This document shows, one piece after another, positions 1 to 11,800 of a stretch of 64,000 nt of DNA. The notes beneath the pieces were generated by a model that did not search any database, was not told the DNA's origin, and saw only the letters and a list, made by a program, of their open reading frames with translations. The translations under genes were made by a program, and so were the position numbers. Location: positions 434,001-498,000 of the forward strand of contig OZ237747.1 in assembly GCA_965178125.1 (NCBI GenBank), written 5' to 3'. Each line of letters opens with the position of its first letter. The stretch's first letter is position 1. This DNA comes from Bilabrum cf. latius. Its lineage: Eukaryota.

Positions 1-474
1 CAAATCAAGTAGAATATATATGCCACGCCGTACATTGCCGTAATTGTTCCACGCGTGGTGCAGAATGCAGTTGCAGTTTCTAGGCCGTGCATGCACTGCA
101 CGGTGGTGTCCGCCACGCGCCGTCCTGCTGATCCGCGAGCTCCCGTTCGGGACGGAGGAGGGCTTCCCGTAGTCGCAGGAGGAGCACGAGGCCTTGGTGA
201 AGCAGGTGTTGGGGGCCAGGTTCGTGCCGGGGATGGGACCAGTGGGAAGGAGGAGGAGTTGACAGGAGTGGAGGAGGCAGGCTACGATTCGGGCGGGGTG
301 CCGTTCGATGAGACACGCGCGACTTCGGTTCCGCAGCTTTCAGATAGGAATCGATGACCGATTAAGGTGTGGCCCACAGTGTGTGGTTGATGACTCAGAA
401 TTAGGTTTTTGTATAACCCTTTGAAGCTTGGAACTGGACTTCCACGATAGATTGCTTGGAATCAAATACGCGGA

Positions 475-1185
475 TTACGACGCAGCGCTCTCCAATCGGC
501 GAGTATGCACGCTCACTAGTGATATGCCCGCAGCAACGAGCGAGCATGCAGTAAGCAAGTGCCACCACGCGTGGAGCTGAGGGTTGAACCCAAGCGTTGG
601 GACGATGAGTCCGTGAACGATTACCTAGCACCCGAAGAAGTCCACGAGCCACAGGGCGAAGCCACCGACGGCGGTGCCAACAGCCGCTGCATGTGCACCC
701 TTGGACTCGCTGTCCCCATGCCTCTGCACCACCAGGTGAAGCCTGTGTGCAGCCAGCACGGCGCATGCAATCAGGTGGAGCTCGCACACAAGCTCCTTGA
801 CCAGCCAGACAAACGGTAAAATGAGCACCCAGTGCACGATCGACGTGGTCACTACAGACCATCCGTCTCGCGGTGGCTTGGATGCCATGAGCTCCCCCGC
901 CCAATGCAGCAGCACGATTACCGCCAACGTCTCAAAGCTCTCGTCGAGTTTCTGCTAGTAGTACCGTAGATCGGCATGAAACCACGCTGACGTTACTCCA
1001 GTGAGCGCTACAGCCCATGCAAATGCATGTTTTTGGGCCCTATACTCGTGCCGCATCCCGAGGCCTAAAATAGCCGCAGCGGCTGCCACATACAGCAAGC
1101 TTGAGGAAGTATTCCACGGCTCCACCCGCTACGTCTGCCCAATACCTGCTTCGCACCAGTCAATAGGCGATGCTTGGTCGAACAT
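475..1185 (-). CDS. Alkaline ceramidase family (CREST) membrane hydrolase, ~236 aa, 3 in-frame TAG=Gln, ends TAA
   Basis: Read-through translation gives MFDQASPIDWCE...EPWNTSSS...TSAWFHADLRYY(Q)QKLDE...WLVDFFGC...PQLHAWWHLL, matching the DWCE, SxxFH and HAWWH motifs of ACER-type ceramidases. Confidence 0.85.
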
Positions 1186-1345
1186 ATAAATTCAGAGCGC
1201 TGCTTTTGAAAAGTCTGATAGGGCGGCGCACGATCCGGCCAACTTTCAATTCGGAGCAGATGTGCAACTGCGACCATAGGCTCTATCGCAACCCGGGCAA
1301 AACAAACACGCACCTGGACATAGCTTTATAAAGTTTATAGTCTGT

Positions 1346-2533
1346 ATGTCGTTTGCACGGCTGGTCTTTTGCCGTCATGGCTAGAGCGAGAACAACGTTT
1401 TGCAAGATATTTCTCACGATCATTACAAGAAGCACAGATTAGCAGACCCAGACCTGACACCAACAGGATTCGAGTAGGCCAAGGCGGCCGGTGATGAAAT
1501 TAAGAGATTGATTGAAAAGACGAAGCCTGCTAGAGTACTGCTCTATGCTTCTCCGATGAAGAGGGCCCTCAGGACGGCGCAGCAACTTGCACTTTCGTCC
1601 AAGGTTCCGATTCGCATCGCCCCAAACGCCTTCGAGGCAGGTGGAATATTTAGAAAAGAGGTTGCCACCACTGCAGGCGCTGCAATGGCTGGATCCGCGC
1701 AACCGGCCTCGGCCTCGGTCTCGGGCCAAGCGCCACCGGCAGCCGCCGCGCCGCTCGAGCTCACCCTGGAGAAAGCGACTCATCTCGTGCCCGAGCTGGA
1801 CCGCGACCAGGCCGCGATGATTCTTTCAGAAAAAGGCTGGTACCACGACAAAACGTACTGCAAGGAGCCCTGCAGCAGCACTCTCAAGAGGGCTGCGAAA
1901 GTCGCACGGTGGGTGCGGTCTCTGCAGCCGATGCCGGCGCCAGAGAAAACGAGTGCATGCAAGCAGGAACGGGGCGGTGGGGCCGCTGTGTCTCCTTCTG
2001 CAGCTGCGGGTAGTCCCCCTGGAGATGGGGCAGGCCATGGGGTCGAGACGGCAGCAGCAGCCGGTGCCACCGGTGGATCCGAGACAGGGCACGACCTGAT
2101 CATCCTCGTCTCGCACGTCGTCTTCATGGATTCCATGCTCCGCTTCGTGCTGGGCGGGACCGATATGGGCTGCCGCAGCGTGCATGCGCCGCCTGCAGAA
2201 CAGCACGGTGACGGCTCCGAGCTCGGTGACGTACCGGGCACCAGCCTCGGAGATGACCCCTCCAGAGTCGAAGCGGCCGTTGGGGGGTCCGAGACAAGCG
2301 GTGAGGGCACAACCACGGATGGTACTGCCGCTTCTCCACTCGCAGTGCGGCCTCCGGACGCGGCCCGGCTTGCTTGGCACAACTGCGGCCTTACTGTTGT
2401 AGATCTGGACTCGACCGGAGAGGTGGCGCTGCAGCACGCCAACCGGACCAGCCACCTTGCGCGACGCGGTGCGGAGCTGGGCTTGGGAGAGGGTGCCTTG
2501 CTCACTGGATGCAACGAGGCGCTCGATTGGTGA
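1346..2533 (+). CDS. Histidine phosphatase / phosphoglycerate mutase family protein, ~395 aa
   Basis: MSFARLVFCRHG(TAG)SENN...DPDLTPTGFE(TAG)AKAAG...LYASPMKRALRTA...IILVSH...NCGLT...NRTSHL. The TAGs at 1382 and 1475 occupy the family Gln positions of RHGQS and LTxxGxxQA. Ends TGA. Confidence 0.9.
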
Positions 2534-2762
2534 GTTGGGCACAGAGTAGAAAGGGGATTCCTGGATCGAGGGACATGTCATGAACGTTGTTCAGGTCGGC
2601 AGTCCTACCCAGTTGCTGGAACTCGATGGATACCGGCGTACAAGAGCTTTCTGCTACCTGCACACGCCTGCTTTACACCGAACTGACCCGCGCTAGACTC
2701 GACAAACAAAATCGTGGACATCCGGATGTTGGGACGAGGGCTCTTCAAGCTCAACGACCGGC

Positions 2763-4982
2763 TCAGCCAGTACGAGGCCGCTTCTGCATCCCGCCCCCAG
2801 CACCAGGCGCACTCTCAGCCGCCCGCTTCTGCCCAACATCAGGTGCACCAGGCCCCTGCTGCTGCTGCTGCCTCACCTGATCGATCGAAGCGATCTGCCC
2901 ATCCCACACGCCACCGCTCGCGGCCGTGTTCATGGCCTTGGCGGAGGCAGCCTTGGCCTCCGCCTGCGCCTACTGCTCGGATCCCCCGAATATGTCCGTT
3001 CGCTGCCTACCCATGCGCATCAGCGAGTCTCCGATCATCTCGTCCGGCACCAGCGCGGATGTGCTCTTCTTCTCCTTCTCGCGCTTCTGCTGCTCCTGGT
3101 ACGTCCTCTGGTCGATCAATCCGATCCGCATGGCCTGCTGCACCCCTTGCACCGGCACTCTCTCCCCCGTCTCGGGGTTCACGAACACACCGGAGCCTGC
3201 CCCCACAGGTGCCCGGGCGGGCCCCGCCCTCCCCGGAGCGTAGTCTTCGATGACCCTTATCTCCTCGTCGTCCGCTGCACCGGCCATTTCTGCTGGACTG
3301 GGGCCCAAAGACTCTTCCTGCACGGCAGCTCTGGGCTGCCCTGCCGCACTACCTCGGGCAGAGGAGGCCGCCGTCCTCGCGCCCACAGACCGACTAGACG
3401 GTGCCTGTGCCCCGCCTGCATCCATGTCCATCGCGTCGTCGTCTTCGTCATCATCATCGTCATCGTCCTCATCCATGTCCATATCGACATCATCGCCACC
3501 GGCCCCTTTGCTGGCCCCCGCGTTCCCCTGCCCCGCCTTGGCATCCACAGAGTGCCCCGCCCTTGCCCGTTCCTCCCTGGCCTCTTCTTCTGCCTTTCTG
3601 CGCCGAGCAGCTGCGAGGGCACGGGCCATGGCGGCCTGGGACAGCATACCGGCGGCACCACCAGACGAGCCGCTACTTCCGCTGCCGCCGCCCCCCGACT
3701 CGTGCACCGCGGCGGGGGCCAACTCGCCATTCGCGCGCCGCAGCGGCTCCGGTGCAGGCAGGTTCTCGGGCCAGTCATCATCGTCCAGGGTCTGGACCAC
3801 AGCGAAATCCTGCCAGTCCACCTTCCAGCCAGCCTGCGCCACCTGCCTGCGCTCGTTCCGAGCAGCAGCCGCGCGTCTCCTGGCAGCCCCCCGCCGCGCT
3901 GCCCTCGCCAACACCCCCTAGCCCTCCCCTCCTCCTAGTCCTTGTCCTTGTCCGCCCGCCCCCAAGCCGGGGTCCGCAGCCCCAGCCCCAGCCCCAGCCC
4001 CAGCCCCAGCCCCAGCCCCAGCCCCAGCCCCAGCCCCAGCCCCAGCCCCAGCCCCAGCCCTAGCCCCAGCCCCAGCTTTCGCAGAGGGCGATTTTTCCGT
4101 GCTATCTGTGGCCCTACCGCGTCTTCTCCAAGGGTCCCTTGCGTCCGCCTCTAATCTAGCTCGGTCGGCAGGAGGCAGCCTCAGCACTCGGCTGTAGGCA
4201 GCGGCTGCATCGCGAAAGGTGGGGTGGTAGGGGGATGACTGCTGCAGGCTGACCCGGAGCAGCTCGGCCCGGCGCTGTCTGCGCTGCTGCTCTGCGAGAC
4301 TACCAGTCGAGTCTGCTGCTTCCCGGGCGGCTCTCGCGGCGGCTCGAGCCACGGCCTCCCTGCCACCGATGGCGGCAAGCTGGGCCGCCAGCAGGAGGGC
4401 CTGCCGCTGCATCGAGCTCTGCGGCATGGGAGCAGGGGGGTGTAGCTGCGGCGGGGGTGGCTGCACACGCGGTTGATCCTCTGACTTGCTTTCTTCTTCA
4501 GAGTGACGATTGGCCTGCTGGCTCTCGCTCTACTCGGCCCACAGCCTCTCGTCGCGCTCAGCAGACCTGGCGATTTGCCCGATAACATCAATCATGGCTG
4601 CCCGGACGGTGGGAAGTGCAGTGAGGCGATCACCACCTTTTGCGATCCCAGAGCGTTTGTCTCGAGCTTCGTCCGTATCATCAGCGGCACGGGGTTGCTG
4701 CCCATCGCCCTGTCGTGCCTCGCCTGTCTCAACCCCCTTGGACGGCTCGTTCTTCTCCTTCGCCTTACGAGCCAGCAAATCCACATAAAAACTGTGATAT
4801 ACATGCCCCTCATCCAAGAACGCAAACTTGGCCTGCTCTGCGGCGGATGATTTCGCTGTCTGCCTAATACGCTACTCGAATTGTTTGCCGTACTACGTCA
4901 CAAACTTGGCAGCCTTCTCTATCACGCCAAGAACCTTTGGCGGTGGCTTAATATTCTAAACTGGGGCATCGATTGAGTCCAT
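2763..4982 (-). CDS. SF3A1: Splicing factor 3A subunit 1 / Prp21-like (SURP domain), divergent, ~739 aa
   Basis: One frame when TAG is read through. N-terminal SURP (IKPPPKVLGVIEKAAKFVT(Q)YGKQFE(Q)RI...KFAFLDEGHVYHSFY), then VDWQDFAVVQTL, IRVIEDY, NPETGERVP, RQRTDIFG and VWDG motifs typical of SF3A1/Prp21. Ends TGA. Confidence 0.8.
3977..4076. repeat. (CAGCCC)n hexamer microsatellite, about 16 copies, encoding poly-Gly-Ala inside SF3A1
   Basis: Directly visible hexamer array with one variant unit (TAGCCC at 4061). Confidence 0.95.
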
Positions 4983-5132
4983 AGCGATGCAGCTAACTAC
5001 GAAACAGTGGTGATTGCACACTCTGTAATAATCTCGAATTGTTGCGTCCATATTGTTGCTGATGGCTCCGATCGGATATGGGAATGCCTCACAACAGATG
5101 ACGTGGCAACAGCATCATTGTAAGCAGTAAAG

Positions 5133-5753
5133 ATGCACAGGATCAGTCGGCTTCGTGGTGGCATCGCGAAATCAGTTGTCACGCTGACTGCTGCTGCGCT
5201 GAGCTGGAGCAGGTAGTTTGCGTGTGCCGCTTCACCATCGATATATGATTTCGAGGTGCCCGACGAAACAGGCTCGGTGGTCAGCCTGAGGGAGAAGTTC
5301 GGCGACAAGCGTGTTATACTCGTCACTAATGTAGCTAGCAAGTGCGGATTGACGCAATCCAATTACAAGGGGCTTCGAGAGCTGCAAGCTGAGTTCTCGG
5401 ATCGCTCTTTCAGTGTTGTGGGATTTCCATCCGATTAGTTCATGAACCAGGAGTTTCCGGAGAATGAGCAGATACAAGAGTTTGCCAATAAGATGGGTGC
5501 TAACTTTCCAGTGATGGGCAAGGTGGACGTCAACGGAAATAGCGCGGACCCACTGTTCAAATGGCTCAAGCAGCAGAATTGGGGAGGACAGCCTATGGAG
5601 GCCATTGCTTGGAATTTTGCAAAGTTTCTCGTAGTTGACGGCAAGGTCATAGAACGATATGCCCCGACAACGCTGCCATCTAGCATCAAGAAGGACATTG
5701 AGCGCGCACTGAGCTCGGTGGAAGCCGACGATGCACCTCGAAGCGATCTGTGA
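5133..5753 (+). CDS. Glutathione peroxidase (Cys-type) with an N-terminal targeting-like extension, ~206 aa
   Basis: SIYDFEV...NVASKCGLT...GFPSD(TAG 5436-5438)FMNQE...KVDVNG...PLFKWLK...WNFAKFLV. The TAG sits at the Gln of the FPxnQF motif. Ends TGA. Confidence 0.92.
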
Positions 5754-5823
5754 CGACAATGCACGATTTACCCGATCTCCACACTCGATTCTGCAACTAA
5801 TTCAAAAGCACACTAAGCCCGCA

Positions 5824-8800
5824 TCAGGTCTCCCAGGCGCGAATCTAGGCAGATGCCATGGGCACCACCACCGCAACCTGCGCGTCCGGCGCTGCCAGCA
5901 GCACATCCCCTCTCTCCAGAGCCTCGGCACCCTCCCCTCCATCCAGTGTGCCAGCAATTTCTGCACATGAGCGCATGAGCGCCGCCCCTTGCTCAGAGAA
6001 CGCCCTGAACTCGCTGGACTGCAGCCGGGCAGCTACCCGGAAGAAGTGAGCCATGGCGGCCAGCAGCCCATCCGCGCTTAGCTCGACTAGGAACTGCGAT
6101 TCCGATTCCTGCTCGATACCCGGTGCCTGACGACTCCGACCTGACCCCTTGAAATGCCAATGGTCTTCACCACCCCCGGCGCCCGACATCGGCCCGAAGG
6201 GGTCAGCCGCGGAGGAGGAGGCGACGGTTGTGCCACCGGGTGCGCCGGTGCCGTCGGCCCCCGCCTCGTCCTCATCTAGCTCATCCGTGCCCACCACGGC
6301 AGATTCCAGCCGCGCCATGCCAAGCTCGCAGCCTGCTTGTGCAGCCCAGGCAATGATCGAGCCCGGACGCTTGCCCTTGCCCTTGCCCTTGCCCTTGCCG
6401 CCGGTCTTGCTGCCCTTGGCCTTTTTCTTTTCCTACCCGCTTCCTTTCCCACCTTCGTCCTCCGGCTCATCCCTCGCTTCCTCGGAGCTCCCACCGGCCG
6501 CCAGTTCCGCAGCCTCCCACAGCGTCTCGCAACAGCCCTGGAAGCAGTCCTGCGCCTCGAACACCAGATCCATCGCTTCCGCCACGATGCCCGGATCGGG
6601 TCGGATGTACGGCACGCGGCGCCCTCTACCTGCTGCCCTCGTGGCGATGCACCGGTTGATCCTCCGCCGCAGCTGAAGAGCTGACGCTACGATTCTCAGC
6701 GGCATGCACACGGGCATCGGGCTGCACCACGCAGCGTGGTCCTCGTGCAGCCATCGGCGGGACGCTGCGCGCTTCGGCGCCGTGCCGTCCTCCTCGACTT
6801 TGTGCTCTGCTGCCATAAGCACCCATGGCTCTCGGGTAGGCAGCGGGCAGCAAACGTCAGCTCGGGTCTGGATGGCAGTGGCGATAATCAAGCCGAGGTG
6901 CGGGCAGCGCCCTGCGATCAAGTTCCACAGGAACGACGCCTGGGGCGAGCGGGGCTGCGTGACCACGCATTTGGCGCTCATGCGGATCCCGCCGCCAGAC
7001 TGCTGCATCGACAGGCTACCAAAGGACGCAAGCAGCGGCAGCGGTACCGATCGGATGGACTCGGCGCCCCTCGCCAAACCCACCTAGCAGGCCACCCCGG
7101 TGTCCCTGGCCCTGCTCACGCACGTGTTCGCAGGGAGCTGGATCGCTTTGTTGCGCGCCCTGCCGGTGTTCTTCCACATGAGCTGCCCTGCAGTGTAGGC
7201 GGCCTTGAGCGTGAACAGACTCTCCGATTGCACCACCTTAGTGGCATCTTTGGCTCTCTCGCGCAGCTTCGGATCCACCGCCGCCTCCCGCCAGCCACCG
7301 CTGTCAGCACCGCCTCCGCCTCGCCGGCGCCCGTGCGCTCTGCGCCCGCCGCTCGGCTCCACGGTGCGCGCCATGGGACCGATCGAAGACGCAGGCGGAC
7401 CCGCTCCGGCTCCGCCCCGCGCGGCCGACTTGCCTCCCGACTTGCCTGCCTCGAGGCTAGGGAACAGCCCGGTCGTCTGCAAGTTCGGCTCGTCCGCTAC
7501 ATCCTCCGCGCCAGCCTCCTTCTCAAAGCTCGCACCCTTCAGGCTCTGCCTGCTCCGCCTCCTAAACTCTTGGTACGTGTCGTGCGAAACCCCACTCAGC
7601 ATGTCGACTGCCCGCAGGAACGCCGCCGTGGCTCGCAACACAGTCTCGTCGACGCTGTAGTCCGCAGACAGATTGCTGCGGGACGCGGGGCTCTCTCGGC
7701 TCGAGCCCCACGCCTTTTCGCCAGACGGGACGTACTCATTTCGCCTGCGCCTGGACGACTGGAAGGGCGCGCGGCCGTTCGACACGGCCTCCGCGAACGC
7801 GCACTCCATGGATGCAATGAGTCCGTACAGATAAACCTTGTCTCTTCTGAAGCCAGCCACAAGGCTCAAAAAGATAGAGAGAGCGTCGCAAATGCCGGTC
7901 GTCGGGTTCGGACTGTACTCTTCCTGTGGGAACACACCGACCATGGACCCGTCGGTGGTGGCTGCCAGGACCGCGGGGCTGACCGAAGCAGACCGAAACC
8001 GCGCCGTACCTTCCGTTAGCATCGGCGAGATTGCTTCACATTCAGCTTTGGTTAACGGCTCGTGCAGCGCCACCGGCTCGAAGACAATAGCGACAGCATA
8101 CGACTCGCGGTCCGCGCGCCTACCTTGCTTGCGATTTCTACCCTTCCCGGTCGCAGCGCCGCGGCTGCTTGCTTGCGTTGCAGGGATATACCTGCGCAAC
8201 TGTGAGCTCGCCACGCCTCTGCGAATGGCATCAGCGGCGAGAGACTCGGCCTTTGCTTCCGGCCCATCGCCCATCTTGAATGGAACGACGAGCACGGCAA
8301 GGACTGCGCCGCGGAGCTGCCGCGGTACGATGCTCATGAGCGCTCGAGGAGCGGACGCGAGGCCAACGGGCACGCCTTTCAGCACGCAGCACGTCTTTGG
8401 TGAGGCCGAATCTCGCCACCATCGAAGGAATGGTGCGTCACCGTCGCATCGTTCCGTGGCCGATGGCACCTCAACTCGTGAGGACACCCACAGCGCTGGG
8501 GTGCACGCCCTGGCTGGCGGTACGTACGAGGTGCTGCTCTCTGGCGGCGCTTCGACTCCGCGTACAACCGGCGGGTCGATGCGGTCACATGCATCGATCG
8601 AGGCAAGAACAGCCCTTCCAATGGCCTCCCGTCCGATCACGGCAGGAAGCAAGTCGGCGACGTGCTTTGGAAATCCGGAGGACGAAGCCAGCATTTGCTG
8701 CGATACGCCCATCGTAGCGTCCATAATGACTCGCAAGGTGTCTATGTCGTTCGACAAGAGAGACTCGTAGGCGTCTGCCTTGCCTCCATGCTTGCTCAGA

Positions 8801-11800
8801 GCGTCAATGGCCTCTCGAAGCCGACGGGAGCCGCCACTGGCCCTTGGATCGGGGCGCCGCCGGTCCGCTGCTCCTCCCCGCCTGTCTCGACCACGACCAC
8901 GACCACGACCACGGCCACGGCCACGACCTCCTCCTCTTGAAACATCGCCCGCCTCGAGCTGCTCTAGGACTCGGCGGGAGCACTCTACCACGAACGAATG
9001 CATGTGCTGGAGCCTTCGATGCATGAGGCCCCGGGCCGAGGCCCAGCCTGACCTCTCCTTGGGATGCACCTTCCTCCAGGCGAGGTACGCACCCCTGGCC
9101 ACAAATGCGTCCGACATGGAGCCCGCGTCGAGTGCGACGCGAGAGCCGCTCACACGCAGGAAGAGCTCGCAGAATTCGGACGGAGACGAGCTGCGCTTCA
9201 CGTTGGGGATCACAAAGACATCGCTCACGGTTGCCGATGCAGCCAGCAGCACGGCTTCCACCGGATTGCCTAGTGCAGTCGCAAGGCTCACAAACACACC
9301 AAGCCTGGCGTCTCCCGGGAACGTCGATAGCATCTGCCCCAGGGGGGTAACTCTCGGCTCGGCATCCTCCGAAGGCGCCTCCAGCAGACCCATGCTGAGC
9401 AGCCTGCCCTCGGCCTGCGGGACAGAGCCAGGGGCGGGCGGCTGCGGCGCGTCCGACAGGAGCTTATCTCCTTTCCCTTGCAGTCCCATAGCGCGGCACC
9501 GCAGCACGGTGCTATCCAGCGGCAGCCTCAGCATCTCCGGCTGGTCAAAGTCGGGCATGACGAGATCGAAGAAGCGCTGCGGGTAGAGACGGAAGCACTT
9601 CCCTGGGCCCAGCCGCCCTGCCCTACCCGACCGCTGCGTGGCGCTCGCCTTACTGACAAAGCAAGGCTTGAGAACCGCGGCGCCTAGTTTAGCGTCGTAG
9701 CGCATCTCCTTGTGGCAACCTAGGTCGATCACGGTGGTGACGTCGGGGATGGTGATGCTAGACTCGGCGATGTTGGTGGCAAACACGATCCTGCGGATTG
9801 AGGCCCTGTCCAGCGGCGCAAGGTCTTCCTCCTCAACGTGGTGGCCCGCGCTATCCCCGACAGAGGAGGCTCGCACGGGCGGGGAAGGTGGCAAGTCGGC
9901 TGCCTCCTCGTCTTCGCTTGCCCTGTACCCGTCCGACTCCGACTCCGACTCCGACTCGTCGCCCTTGACCACCCTAGCGTTCGGTGTGCTTGGCTTGCCG
10001 TCTTGGGTAAACGCCCGGTCCTGCTCCTCTTGCGGCAGCAGGGAGTGCATTGGAATGACGTCCAGGGTGCGCTGCAAGGCCAACGAGACCACGCTTTCGT
10101 CCTCAGCCAGCTCACAGCACGCCATGATGTCGGCAAGGCCGCTCAAGAACACCAGCACCGTCTCCCCTGGCCTGCACACCTCCGCCGCTAAGTGCACGGC
10201 GAGCTTCAGCCTGCCCTGTTCCTCCGAGGGCGACAGGTTCACCTCATCCAGGCCCTCCCTGCCGGACTCGGCCGAGTCGGCCAGCTTGTGCAGCCTCTGG
10301 GCGGCCTTGAGGGCGTTTTTCGAGAAGAAATGGGGGATCGAGATCTTCTACTCGGGGTCCACCTCGAACGGATCCTGCCCTCTTTCAATCCGGGCGATTC
10401 CCTCCGCCAGAGACCTAGGCCTCTGCACGCTGCCGCTCTCGATGATCTCGTCCAAGAACGTGATCGACACGGGGAACCGCTTCGCGCCGACGTGAATCGG
10501 GCTTATCTTCTGCTCGATGCTTCCTGATTCTCCGTCACCAGCCTTCTGGCCTGCATCAGTTTCCATGCCACGAGAGTCCAACTCCCAGTTCCCCACCGCA
10601 CCAGGCTGCAGCCCCTCGGCGAAGTAGCGCGCGAACAGTTGTGCGTCCAGCGTGGCACTCATCACGATGAGCTTGGGAGCGCGGCGACCTGCGGCTGCCG
10701 TGGCCCTCCGCAGCAGCATGCAGAGGAGGTCCGTGTCGAGCGAGCGCTCGTGCACCTCGTCCAGCGCGATGTGGCTCCACTTAACCGCCGGGGAAGCCTT
10801 GGAAAAAATGCTCCCACTGTCACCGTCCCCAGAGGCAGCGGCTGTGCTACCCGCAGTCACAACGGAGCCGTCCAGGGGTGCGAGCAAATCAGTGCCAGTG
10901 TCGTCCGCCTGCGGCAAGTTTGCAACGAGCCACTGTAGCAGCCAGCCTGTGGTCACGAAAGTCAACCTCGTGTCCTTCTGCACTAGCCTCTCGCCTCCCA
11001 GCCGATAGCCCACCAGCCCGCCTACGGCGCCCGTGTTCATTTCAAATGCAACACGCTGCGACAGCGTCCGCGCAGCTACCCGTCTCGGCTGGGTGATGCA
11101 AACCCTGTAGTCTGCAGCTCCATGGAGCTCCTGCGCAAGGAACTGAGGCACCTGACTACTCTTGCCGCTTCCCGTGTCTGCTGTCAGCACGACCACCTGG
11201 TCACGATCCAGCCGCTGCTTAATCTTCTGCTCGTGATCATGGATGGGCAGCCTAGGACCGCGGCTTGGAGGCAGTCCGCTCTATCTGGGGGCTTTCGCAG
11301 TGCTGGGCGGAGCTTGTATTGCAGCTGGCGCCATCGAGGATGGATCCGGTCGGGTTGCGGATGCTTCGGAGGATGACTTGCCACCAGGGTCCGCGGCAGT
11401 CGCCTGCCTCTTCGTCTCATTCCACGACAGAATTGAACCGCCATTCGAATCCTTTAGTTCGGCTGCACGCCCCTATGCCTTCTCTTTGGGTTCATCCCTT
11501 CCTGACCCGTCGCCTACAGGTGCGCCGCCCACACTAGCGAGGTCTGGCACAGACTAAGCGCTCCCTGTTGTGTCGGGGGCACTGTGCAACGGCTGCACAG
11601 GATCGAAAGCGGGAGCTCTCGAAGATCCTGATGGGTCAGGGTCGAGCTCATAAACCGAGTGCAGAAGCCACTGCTTGACCGCCGCAAAGACCTCGCCAGC
11701 GTGCGACTCATCCAGCAATCGCCGCAGCTCCGGCGAGACTGCACGGCTGCTCTCCGTCGAGTCGCCCCAGAGCCGGTCAGGTGTTGCGCATTCCAGCGCT

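Noticed and set aside
55-357. Short + strand ORF at the window start
   Set aside because: GTG start and no recognisable motif. It could be a terminal exon but cannot be supported from this window.
3977-4076. Telomere-like repeat
   Set aside because: It is an internal, in-frame (GGGGCT)n tract encoding Gly-Ala, not a TTAGGG-type terminal array.
5436-5438. Selenocysteine or pyrrolysine recoding in the GPx
   Set aside because: The codon is TAG, not TGA, and lies at the motif Gln. The catalytic site is an ordinary TGC Cys.
6736-8770. Long antisense/overlapping ORFs in the ORF track (also 33142-34622, 44459-45421 and others)
   Set aside because: These are shadow ORFs expected in high-GC coding DNA opposite real genes, and they carry no motifs.
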